A stretch of DNA of 64,000 nt from an uncultured delta proteobacterium (GCA_963735595.1 CAVTLK010000002.1:128001-192000); one strand, 5' to 3'; numbered from the stretch's first letter, positions 41,601 to 56,593 are shown. The notes: generated by a model from the letters alone, not told the origin. Made by a program: numbers and translations.

Positions 41601-44600
41601 GGAGAAGTCACGTGGAACCTCGGCGACCTGGGCGCGATGGGCAGCGACAGCTACCTCCTGTTCAACCTTATGACTGCGTGCTCCGGCGGCACCGAGACGA
41701 ACGCCACCGTCGAGAGCAGCGGGTGGTGCGGGGACTACGACTATTCCAGCAGTCTGTCCTACCGGGCCTCGCGGGGCGAGCGGGAAGGAAAGCTCCTCCT
41801 CAAGAAGACGCCCGACGTCATCTATATCAAGGACCGGGGGGCCAACCTCCCCTGGACGATCTACGTCACCAACCCCGGCAGCGGGCCGGCAACCAACGTC
41901 GTCGTGACCGATACGCTGGGCGCGGGCATCAGCTATGTCGACGGCTCGGCGACGCTCGACGGCGCCCCGGTAACCCCGGTGGTTGTCCCTTCGGCGTACG
42001 CCAGCGGCGTGGAAACTACCGTCACGTTCACCATCGATGAGCTTGCCCCCGGGACAACCGCGACGATCACGCTGACGGGCCACGTGGAGGACTGCGAGAA
42101 CAGGACCAACCGCGTCCGGGCGACGTGGGGATGCTACGACGAGGTAACCGGCTTTGACTACTGCGGCGAAGCCCTGGCCGGCCCGGTGACCGTCCAGGAC
42201 CTCGGCACGCGGGTAATCATCAACCGGCACCAGGCGGACGACATCAACACCTGCGGCGGGACCTCGTTCGTAACGGTCGTGTTCAAGAATATCGGCAAGG
42301 CCTACGCCTACGACATGCTGCTGACCGAGACGCTGCCCCTGGGCGTCGAGTACGATACGGCCTATCCCGGCGGCTGGACCGCAGTGGATGCATTCGGCAA
42401 CAACCTGGCCGCCTACCTGGCCTTTGCCGACGGCAGCAATCACACGACGGGCGGCGGCACCCTTACCTGGACCTTTACAAACAGCATGAAGCCGGTGGAC
42501 AACAGCGGCGAGGGAGACGAGTTCACCATCCGATTCCCGGTAAAGATCGTCGGCTGCGACTATACGAGCGGCGCCTCGATGATGGCCAACCTCAATTACG
42601 ATACCCCGTGCAGCACGGCTACCACCCCCGCGCAGGACACCGTCTCGACCGTGTCGGCTCCGGTACTGGAGGTCACCAAGGGACCGGATATCACCGCGGG
42701 CGACCCGAGCGACCCGATCATCTGGGATATCGAGATCACCAACCCGTCCGGTTACACGGCCATGGCCGTTTTCCTCTGGGACATTCCCGCCCCGGCGAGC
42801 TACTTTTCCAGCGTTACCATCAACGGGCTTTCCGGCTCCGGCACCGAGATCGACCCCTGGGATATCGGGAATATTGCTCCCGGCGACAGCATGCTGTTTA
42901 CGGCACGGGGGATCCTGAGCGACTGCTACCCCACCACGACGGGCAGCAACACCGCCTGGGTCGAGTGGTGCGAGGACTGCAAAACCAGCGCCTCCAGCAA
43001 TATCTCCATGATAAACTCCACGCCCCATGTCACGCCCGGCATCGACCTGGACGTGGACTACTGCGGGGGGAGCGTCACCATCACGCTGGTAAACACCGGC
43101 TCCCGGGCCTACGACATTGTGCTGACGGACGTCTTCCCGGCGGGCTTCGAATATACCGTGGGCTCCGCGGAAATCACGTCGTCGGAGGGAAGGACGTTTA
43201 GCGAGGCGAACGAAGAGCCGCACTACGACGTGCCGACCCGGACACTGACCTGGGACAGCAACGCGGCTACCGCGCCGGTCTTCATGGATACGGCCGGCAA
43301 TACCTATATAGAGAAACTCGAAACCCTGACCATCACGTTCAATCTCGAAAACGAGATGGAGGCGGGAGAACAGTGCACGTCAACCTTCGGGGATACGCAT
43401 ACCGTTTCCATCCACTATGAGGACGCCTGCGACGATACGTATGACGAGACGACGACCGGAACCGCCACGATCCCGGCCTATCCGAACCTGACCGTAACCA
43501 AGGAGCTGGACCCCGTCTACGGGGTAATCGGGGAGACCGACCCCGCCCTGTGGCACGTCACGATAGACAACAACGGCGGTCCGGCCTACGGCACCATCAC
43601 CATCGTGGATACGTTCGGGTCAGGCTGGGACATGACAACAGTCAACGCCCCGGCCACCGTAAACGGCACCGGCACGCGGACGATAGACACCGGCGCGCGC
43701 ACCGTCACCTGGAGCGGCGTGAGCCTTGATACAGGCCCCAGCTCCGAGACGATCGACATATGGGTCCAGCCTCTCAGCACCAGCCCCGAGTCCGACCTGA
43801 GCAACTCCGTGATGGTAACCGGCGCCTGCATCGGCGGATGTAACTACGAATCGGCCGGCGCCACCCAGAACATCGTCCCCGGCCACAGCGAGATCGAAAA
43901 GGTCTACGACAGGGCTACCGCCACGATCGGGGAAACGGTCCACGTGACGATTACCGCGAGCTATTTTGGCGCCGGTACACCCTACGAAGACGTCCTGGTC
44001 GTCGACACGCTGCCGACAGGCCTTACCTACGCCGGCAACCTCACGATAAACGGGACCCCGTCGTCGATCACGCCGGTCGGCCAAACCCTTACCTGGGACC
44101 TCGGGGATTTTCCCGGAACCCAGGCCTATGTTATCGAATTCGATACGTTTGTAGCCAACACCGCCGATACCGACAACGGAGACACGCTGCCCAACACGGC
44201 GACGACCACCTACCTTGTCGGGGCGACGTCGTACACGGATTCTTCCACGACCACCCTGACCATCACCGAGGCGCTGCTGACGATCGACAAGACCTACGCG
44301 GTGGTAGGGGGCGGCCCGGTGGAGGGAAGTGCGGTCATCGAGTATACCCTGACGCTGGCAAACACCGGAACGAGCACGGCGTTTGACATAGACGTCGCCG
44401 ATACGCTGGGCGCGGGGCTCACCAGTCCGACCTGGGTATCGGGCGGCAACAGCCACGATTTCTCCGGCTTCCCGGGATCTGCGCTGCTGTGGCACGTCAA
44501 CAGCCTTGCCGTGGGCGCGTCGACGACGCTCGTCTACCGGGTAACGGTAGAAGACAGCGTGACGCCCTGTTCGATGCTGAACAACGAGGCGATAGTGACC

Positions 44601-47600
44601 TGGACGAGCCTCAACGGGACCCCCACCTTGCCCGCCGAGGAGCGGACGGGCAGCGGGACCCCGGCATACAACGACTACCGGACCAGCGACACGCTCCAGG
44701 TGCCGGTGGACACGGTCGCGTCCATCACCAAGAGCCTGGTGCCCCCAACGGACGGTTACTGGACGATCGGCTCGGAGGTGAACTACCTGATCCGGGTGAT
44801 GCTGCCGCGGACCACTATTTCTGACCTGACGGTTACCGACGTCATCGGCCTCAGCGGTAATAACAGAAACGGCCTGAGATACGAGGGAGCTACCTTCGTG
44901 GCCCCGGGCGGCGGGGCCCTTCCCACCGCGCCGGGCGAGAGCGTTTCTTCGCCCAACGACGGGACGGCCCCGGTCACCGTGACCTGGACGTTTAGTAATA
45001 TCCCCGGGTACGACGCGGCGGCAAGCGGCCCCGACCGGTACCTGTGGATCGCGGTGGAGGCGGTGGTGACCAACGTTGCCGAGAACAACGACGGCGACGT
45101 CATCCCCAACAGGGTCACGGCGACCGACAGCGGCGCGTGCCTGACCTGGCCGGGCGGCAACAGCGCCAGCTCGGCAAACGTGACCGTTCGGGAGGCGGGC
45201 CTGACGATCGACAAGACCTACGCGGTGATAGGGGCGACTCCCGTTGAGGCGGGCGCGGTCATCCGGTATACGCTGACGCTGAGAAACACGAGCACCGTCT
45301 GCACGGCCCATGATATAGACGTGGAAGACACGCTTGGCGCGGGGCTCGCCAGCCCGGCCTACGTATCCGGGGACGTCGCCGGCAATATCTCGCACGATTT
45401 CTCCGGCTTCCCGGGGTCTGCGCTCTTGTGGCATATCAACAGCCTCGCCCCGCTTGCGTCGGTGACGCTGGTTTACGACGTGACGGTAGAAGACACCGTG
45501 ACGCCCTGTTCGATGCTGAACAACGAGGCGGTGGTGACCTGGACGAGCCTGAACGGGTCGCCCGCCGAAGAGCGGACCGGCAGCGGGACGCCGGCGTGGA
45601 ACGACTACCGGACGAGCGACACGCTTTCGATACCGGTGGACACGGTTGCGTCCATCACGAAGGACCTGGTGCCCCCGGCGGACGGTTACTGGACGATCGG
45701 TTCGGAGGTGAACTACCTTATCCGCGTGATGCTGCCTCGGGCGGAGATTTCTGACCTGACGGTGACCGACGTCATCGGCACGGCGGGCCCCACGAACAAC
45801 GGCCTGAGATACGTCGGCGCTACCTTCGTGGCCCCGGGCGGCGGGGCTCTTCCCACCGCGCCGGGCGAGAGCGTTTCTTCACCCAACGACGGGACGGCCC
45901 CGGTGACGGTTACCTGGACGTTTGCCAACATACCCGGGCACCTGGCGGACCCGGACGAAGCCGATAACGACCGGTACCTGTGGATCGCGGTGGAGGCGGT
46001 GGTGACCAATGTTGCCGAGAACAACAACGGCGACAGCATACCCAACAGGGTTACGGCCACGAGCAGCGGCGCGTGCCTGACGTGGCCGGGCGGCAACAGC
46101 GCCAGCTCGGCAAATGTCCTGGTGCGCGAGGCCAACATTACAATTGACAAGACCTACGCGGTGATAGGGGCGACTCCCGTTGAGGCGGGTGCGGTCATCC
46201 GGTATACCCTGACGCTGAGAAACACGAGCGCCGTCTGCACGGCCTACGACATAGACGTCGAAGATACTCTGGGCGCGGGGCTCACCGGTCCGACCTACGT
46301 ATCGGGGGACGTCGCCGGGAATATCACGCACGATTTCTCCGGCTTCCCGGGATCTGCGCTCTGTGGCATATCAACAGCCTCGCCCCGCTTGCGTCGGTGA
46401 CGCTGGTTTACGACGTGACGGTGAGAAGACACGCGTGACGCCCTGCTCGATGCTGAACAACGAGGCGGTGGTGACCTGGACGAGCCTGAACGGGTCGCCC
46501 GCCGAGGAGCGGACCGGCAGCGGGACGCCGGCGTGGAACGACTACCGGACCAGCGATACGCTTTCGATACCGGTGGACACGGTTGCGTCCATCACGAAGG
46601 ACCTGCAGCCCCCGGCGGACGGTTACTGGACGATCGGCTCGGACGTCTACTACCAGATCCGGGTGATGCTGCCGCGGGCGGACGATTTCGGACCTGACGG
46701 TGACCGACGTCATCGGGACGGCGGGTAACGCCAACAACGGCCTGAGATACGAGGGTGCAACCTTTGTGGCCCCGGGCGGCGGGAGTATCTCGCCCACGTC
46801 AACCAATATTTCGACGCCGAACGACGGGACGGTACCGGTGACGGTGACATGGGAGTTTGCCAACATACCGGGATACGACGCGGCGGCAAGCGGCCCCGAT
46901 CGGTACCTGTGGATTATAGTGCACGCGGTGGTGACGAACGTCGACCAGAACAACGACGGCGACAGCATCCCCAACACCGTCACGGCGACGGATACGGGCT
47001 CGTGCCTTACCTGGCCGGGCGGCAACAGCGCCAGCTCGTCCAACGTGATCGTGCGCGAGGCGGGCCTGACGATCGACAAGACCTACGCGGTTATATCGGC
47101 CTCCGGCCTTGTGGAAGCGGGCGCGGTCATCCGGTATACCCTGACGCTGGAAAACGAGAGCACCGTCTGCACGGCTTACGACATAGAAGTGGAAGACACG
47201 CTGGGGCCGGGACTCACCGGTCCGACCCATGTATCCGGCGGTGACAGCCACGATTTCTCCGGCATCCCTATTACGTTCCATATAAACAGCCTCGCCCCGG
47301 GCGCCTCGACGACGCTCGTCTATGACGTGACGGTAGACAGCTAACTCCGACGTGGTGGCCTGCTCGACACTGGACAACGAGGCGATGGTGACCTGGACGA
47401 GCCTCAACGGGTCGCCCGCAGAAGAGCGGACGGGCAGCGGGACGCCGGCGTGGAACGACTACCGGACCAGCGATACGCTCCAGGTGCCGGTCAATACGGA
47501 CGCGGCTATCACCAAGACGCTCACGTCCGACCCGACCGTGACGATCGGTTCGACGGCGACCTACGACATCACCGTTACGCTGCCGCAGGCCCAGATCACG

Positions 47601-50600
47601 GACCTGACCGTTGCCGACGTGATCGGCGTGGCCGGTGACGCCAACAACGGCCTGAGATACGTCAGCTCTACCATCGAGGTGCCGGGCGGCGGGGCCATTA
47701 CGCTTACCCCCACCGTCTCCACGCCGAACGACGGGACGGGCCCGGTCACCGTGACCTGGGAGTTTACCAACATCCCCGGGTACCTGGCGACCCCGGCCGC
47801 CCGCGACCTGGTGATCCACGTCACCACGGACGTGCCGGACGTCGTTGAGAACAAGGACGGCGACGTCATCCCCAACACCGTCACGGCCACGGATACCGCT
47901 TCGTGCCTGATCTGGCCCGGCGGTAACAGCGCCAGCTCGGCAGATGTGACGGTGCGCGTGCCGGCCCTGACGATAGAAAAGAGCGTGACCGAGATACTCG
48001 GCGCCGACGGCGTGCCGCGCGCCACCGTCGAGCCGGGCAGCGTGGTGACCTACACGATCACCGTCAACAACGTCGGCAGCGGGGAGGCCAGAAACGTTAC
48101 CGTCTCCGACACCCTGCTGCCCGAGTTCGAGAACCCGCTCCACGTCTCCGGCGGGGACAGCCACAATTTCTCCGGCAACCCGCTCACGTGGACCGTCAAC
48201 AGCATACCGGGCAACAGCTCGGCAACGGTAGTCTTCTCCGTGACGGCGACCAGCGCCATCACCGAGGGCGGCCTCTACATTAACTGCGCCTCGGTCGTCG
48301 GCGAGGATATCCTGGGCAACGTGATACCGGCCGACAACACCGACCATGTCTCGGCCGACACGTACGACACCGCCACCGGCACCGACAGGTCCTGTGCGCA
48401 GGTAACCGGGGCGGTCCCGACGCTGACGCTCGACAAGGAGATACTCTCGGTCAACGGCGTCGCGTATACCAGCGACATGACCGTTCAGCCCGGCGATTAC
48501 GTCATATACCGCGTCACCGTCACCAACACCGGGACGGGCACGGCCTACGACCTTAACGTAACCGATACCTTATCCGAGGGGCTTGGCTACGGCGATTACC
48601 TGGCGCCGCTAAGCGATACGCCGCCGACCCTGGGGACCGGAACGTATACGAGCGCCACATGGAGCGACTACTACGACGCGACGACGTAACCCCGGTACCG
48701 GCAGGATCGCTTACCGCCCATACCCATGGTAACGCCCCGGAGGACACCGGCGGCACGGTTCCCGCGACCATCGGCACGCTCATCTGGGACGGCTCGGACA
48801 TCCGTCCGCTCTCGCTCCCGTCCTCGTTCGCCGAACCCGAACGTTACCGGCATCGTGCTGCCGGGCGGCCAGACCTACACGATCGAGTACGTCGCCTACG
48901 TAAACGGATCGATTATCCAGCATTCGGTGGCTGAAAACCTGGCCGATGCCGAGGCAAAGGACGGATGGGGGACGACGGTGCCGTGTAATGAAGACCACAC
49001 GTCTATCAACACGCGCGAGCCGTTCTTCGTCACCGAAAAGACCATCACCCAGATCGACGGCGATCCCACAAACACGCTGGTGGCTGTGGTCGGCAGCATC
49101 ATCGACTACTCGTTTACCATAACCAACGTCGGTGAGGGCGACGCCCACAACGTCAACATCTTCGACACGCTGCCGATCGGGTTTGTATACGTCCCGGGCA
49201 GCGCCAACATCGGCGAACCGACGATCTCGCTTGACGAGCGAGACCTCACCTGGCTTGTCAACGCGGACATCGCCTCGGGCGGGATCTATACTGTCACGTT
49301 CCAGGCGGAGGTGACCGACGGCACGTCGGGCGGCACCATGTACAACGTGATGTGGGTCGAGGGGCTGGACCTCAGCGATCAGCCGGTCACCAAGGACGGA
49401 TCGGGGATCACACCGCTCGATACCGACGCCGACGACCTGGACGACGTACCGGTCGAGGTCGATATCCCGAACGTGCCGCTCATCCTCGTGAAAGACGTAA
49501 CACCCCGCAGTGTCAGCGCCGGCGCGGTCGTGCACTACACGGTTACCTTTACCAACAACCGGAAGATCAGCTTCTATGATGCGACTATCACAGATACGAT
49601 GCCGCACGGCTTCACGTATCTACCCGGCACGACCCTGCTCGATGGCGTGCTCATCGCCGATCCGACCGGGAACAACCCCTACGTGTTCTCTATCGGAACG
49701 GTTGGGCCGGAGAGCGTGGCGAGGCTTGATTATTACGTGCTGGTGTCGCAGCTGCCCGTCACGGCGCGAACGTCAACTGGGCCGTGCTCAACGCCCACGA
49801 CGGCGCGGGCAAGCCCATCAGCCTCAAGGATCGGGCGACGGTAACGGTAACGGACGACAGCTTCTTTGATTTCGAGAAGTTCCCGTTCCTGCCCCGGTTC
49901 TCCCGGCCGACGGCCGCGCCCGAGGTTCCCCGCGTGCCGGAGAAAGGAACGTCCGCGTCCCGAGTGCTGCCTGGTCGTGACGGCGATTCCCGTTCGCTCC
50001 CAGGATTTCGGCGATACGGTGCCGGGCCGCCCGGAGATCTACTACCAGACCGACATAGCGATGTACGCCGCAACGGAGCTCCTGGTGACCGAAAAGAGGA
50101 TGACGCCGTGGCTTGAAGTGCAGGGATTTGACCCCGAGCGCACATACCTTATGACCGGCCTCTACAACCGGATGATCACCAAGCTCGGCGAGTACGCCCA
50201 GTATAACCTCGGGAACGTTGTCATGGAATCGCTCCTGGGTATCCCCCTTGAGTACGCACCGGGTGTCCTGGAGAAGGCCCGCCGCGAGGGCACGACGCCG
50301 GAGCGGGCGGGAATCGAACTCACCAGGGACCTCGCCGAAAGCGGCGGGCCTGTCCGCGGTTCCCGACATCCAGCCGATATTCCTCGAATACTTCGGTTCC
50401 TACCCCTACCTGCATGAGCGGATAGCCGAAGACAAGCTCGCCTGGGAAGAGGGGCTGATGGATAAGAACATCATGCCGGCCGCCCTCGGCTTTACGCTGC
50501 TCCGGGAGGCGGGCCAGATCGAGATGTTCCTGGCCAGCACCGATCCCACCGAGCGGTTCTTCGGCCTGCTGCTGCTGACCCAGGCGATCGAAAAGACCAG

Positions 50601-53600
50601 GTCCATATCGACGGACCTGGCGAAGACCGCGGAGTTCTCGCCGCCGGTAAAATACCTGCCTCACTTCAGCAGGATCGAGGTCGAAAAGGGCAGGGGCCTG
50701 ACGTGGCGCACGACCGACGAGACCAGCACGCTCTATGACCATGCGTCGGTCCTCTGGGGCCTTTCCAAGCTCAGGAGCGTGGCACTGCATTCGGCCGACC
50801 CCGATGTCAGGGCGCTGGTGCCCCAGATCACCGAGCGGATGAACGAGATCTACCGGGCCATCGAGGCGATACACTACGATGAACAGAGCAAGGGCTTCGT
50901 GAGCGTTCATGCCCCCGGGAAGGGAGATGATGAAAAGAGCATAGCCGCCAAGGACCTCGCCTTTACGATCCTGGCGATGCGGTCGGTCCTGTTTGACAAC
51001 CGCGACCTGTCGATCAATACGATCGACCCGAAACGCAAGATCGTCGAGATCGCCGATTTCATGATCGAAGAGCTCATGAGCGACGATGGAGGCGTCTATA
51101 CCGCATACAATTACGCCGACGGAACCCCCGTCGTGGGAGTGAAGCGGAACCTGGTCGACAACGCCCTGGCAGTCCGGGCGCTCCTTTCGGCTTACGTCGT
51201 CACCGAGGACAGGAAATATAGGAACGCCGCGCTCAGGGTCTACGCGTTCATGGTCAAGGAACTCTGGTATGAAGACCTCATGATCTTCATCGACGAGGAG
51301 GACCCGGACTACGAGGTGGTGCTGACCCCGCAGTCCATCGGCGCGCTGATAGGGGCCCTCAGGGATCTGGTGCTTTACGGCGACCCGAAAATGCGGCACG
51401 ACTATCTTGACCGGATGTCGTACACGACCGACCGGGTGCTCGACCAGTCCCAGCTTCAGCTCTACGAGAACCGGTTCTTCCCGTGGCATGCGCCTATCAC
51501 GATCGTCCCGAAAGACCCCAACGGGAGGTCCTACATCAAGCCGATCGTCACGACGATCCGCGACAAGGGGATATCCCACGACCTTGCCCCGATCCTCGTG
51601 CGCAAGATGGTCCTCAACATAACGCCTACCGGCGCCATTGCGTCCGGCAACGAAGACGCAGTCTCCGACTGGAACAAGTGGAAGGCCGACCTGCGCTACG
51701 AAGTCCCCGACGTCATTGCGAGCGCGGTTATTGACGACACGTTTGTAACCGACGAAGGCATGTACTTCACGACGCTCACGCGGGATTATCAGCAGAACCT
51801 GAACGCGGACCTCCCGGCGTTTAACCCGTATCATACGGACCCGGGCATCCAGGTCTACGGCGCGTTCGTGGGAGGCGAGGTAAGCAGCTACAACGTGAAG
51901 AACCTGACCCTCAATTCCGGTATGGGGATCGGCCTTTCCGAGTCCGAGCTGGTCAGGAGGCTTGCGAAGAAGGCCGGCAAGAGCCCGGAGAAGTACCTGA
52001 CCGATTACGTGGGAGCGCGGGCGCCGAAAGACGCCGCGGGAGATGATATCCTTTCACGGTTCATTAACAGGGTGAAGGGCGCGGTTGGGCTTGCCGCGGG
52101 CGGGCGGTTCACCGATATTATCTACCTTGAATATACCTCATCCAAGCCCTTCTATACCGAAGGTATCTCCGACGGGTGGGACGAGAAGACCTTTGATGAG
52201 AAGCTTACGGTCTCCTCCATGTCCTCGACGATGGTGCGGCAGATCATGTTCATCGTGGATAGCAACGGACGCACCGATCTGTCGGCGTCGGATAGGTTCG
52301 TGAACGACGTGATAACGATGTCGGTTGCGGCAAAGCGTGTCGTTCTCGGCGAGATCATCCGCAATGCCCAGAAAGACGGAATCGCCGGCGTCCCCCACAG
52401 CTACATGATGGTCCCGGATGAGAAGGAAAAACGCTCAGCCGTCACAATCGCGGAAAAGAAATCGACCCTCTTTGACGACACGTTCGCGATCTGGGCCGTG
52501 GCCCTCTTTATGGATGCCGAAAAGCAGGGACTCTTTGACGACTACCGCGCGGTCATGACGGACGTGACCGACGACGAAGCGGTCCTTGCCGCGCTCATCG
52601 ACGCGCTCATCGCCCACCATTACAACGCCGAGTACGGTACGCTGGTGACCGGCAGTGTCAACACCGTGGAGGTCTCAAAGGCCCTTGACATGCTGACGAG
52701 AGCCGCCGAAGTAATGGATGACGGGCCGGCCAAGGAGAAGCTCACGGGCCTGATCACGGAAACAGGCGGACTTCATCATGACACGGCTTGCGACCGATAC
52801 GGGATTTGAACCCATGATCGGGCTGGGCGGCGAGACAATCCCCGCCGACCTCTGCGAGATGGAGACCCTCGGGACGAACGTCTTCCCGATTCTTGCCCTC
52901 GTCCGAACGTGGGAGGTTACCGGCGACGAGAAGTACCTGAACAGGGCCCTTGTCTTCTTCGATCGTTTCGACGAAAGCAAGTGGGACCAGGAAATCGGGC
53001 TCTATCTCTCTTCAGGGACTATCTATAAGGCGACCGATGTGTCCAAGCTTGAGCTCAACTACAATAACCAGGAGCTCATCGCGGCGGTACTCCTGATCTC
53101 CAAGCTTCAACCGCACCTTTCCGGGGAACGGAAGATACTGTCGGCCTACCACATGACGACCTTTATGAACCGTATCATGGAGATCGCCAGCGTCGAGCGC
53201 TACCCGGGCAACGAAGACTCAGGCAATACGATCTACTCGCCCGAGATTATCAGGAGCGTCAAGATAGTCCTGTCCGAATCCAGGGGAGTCGGTAAGCCGG
53301 GAGACATATTCACCAACCGGATCGTTATCGACAACGACTGCTACGACGGGATCAGCCGGCCGCTTTCGCGCATCAGGATCGAACAGACACTGCCCGACGG
53401 CTTCCACTACGTGCCCGGCAGCACCCGGTTCAACGGGGCGGCCGGTCCCGATCCGATCGGCAGAAAGACCCTCAACTGGTACTACCCGCTGCTGAACGGC
53501 AGGAACCGGCTGGTTATCGATTACCAGGTCGTGGCCGATCCGACCATCGCTGAAGGCTCATATACGGCCACCCTTGACGTTATGGCGTTTTCGGGATACG

Positions 53601-53731
53601 GAGGCGACTACGTCCTCTGTGAGGATCGTGACATAGCGGCAACGACCCTTATTGTCGCAGACCCCTTTGCCGAAGTAGTGGAAAAGGCGTGTGTGCCGTG
53701 CGATGTCGGCAGGAGGGCCCTCTCGCGATAG
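38643..53731 (+). CDS. Giant secreted DUF11-repeat surface protein with C-terminal duplicated alpha/alpha-toroid-like domains (about 5,000 aa; multiple frameshifts after 46360)
   Basis: Signal peptide; ORFs 38643-46400, 46363-46728, 46700-47344, 47352-48689, 48659-48934, 48726-49844, 49784-50116, 49866-50417, 50218-52809 and 52778-53731 overlap or abut, and several resume mid-domain. The single-gene interpretation is inferred. Confidence 0.72.
44277..47966 (+). repeat. Four tandem intragenic repeats of about 0.9 kb, each encoding two DUF11-like domains
   Basis: Units start at 44277, 45201, 46137 and 47066 (xTIDKTY) and share long identical stretches such as AEERTGSGTPA(W/Y)NDYRTSDTL and WPGGNSASS. 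Confidence 0.92.
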
Positions 53732-53772
53732 ATGTTCCTGCCGCACCGCGTGGTATGACGTATGGTTCTTTC

Positions 53773-53806
53773 AAGGCGGGCGCCCCAGACGGGCGCCCGC
53801 CTTTTT
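53773..53806 (+). terminator. Intrinsic terminator ending the surface-protein locus
   Basis: AAGGCGGGCGCCC-CAGAC-GGGCGCCCGCCTT-TTT. Confidence 0.9.
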
Positions 53807-53881
53807 GTCCGCAGCCACCGTTTCTTCCGGTGGCGCGGCTCGCCTTGACGGTTTCCGGGGGTGGACAGACCCGGCTTCTGC

Positions 53882-53910
53882 TTGACAAATGACCCATCGG
53901 TGTTTAGATT
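53882..53910 (+). promoter_or_regulatory. clpB promoter
   Basis: TTGACA-N17-TAGATT. Confidence 0.7.
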
Positions 53911-53959
53911 AAAAGGGAAAGAGACTACGCCGTATGTAAGAGAGGTAGAAGAATAACCA

Positions 53960-56551
<2,592 letters not shown>

Positions 56552-56561
56552 TCCCGGCAGT

Positions 56562-56593
56562 AGAAGGGGGCCGCATCGGATGACCCCTTTTCT
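56562..56593. terminator. Possible terminator hairpin between convergent clpB and bcp
   Basis: AGAAGGGGG...CCCCTTTTCT imperfect inverted repeat. Confidence 0.5.

Noticed and set aside
41145..45434. Long minus-strand ORFs (692 aa and 604 aa; also 50320-51834)
   Set aside because: They are antisense shadows of a GC-rich real gene and contain no recognisable motifs.
44277..47966. Long direct repeats as CRISPR array or IS copies
   Set aside because: Units are about 0.9 kb, in-frame protein-coding, without spacers, cas genes, transposase or terminal inverted repeats.
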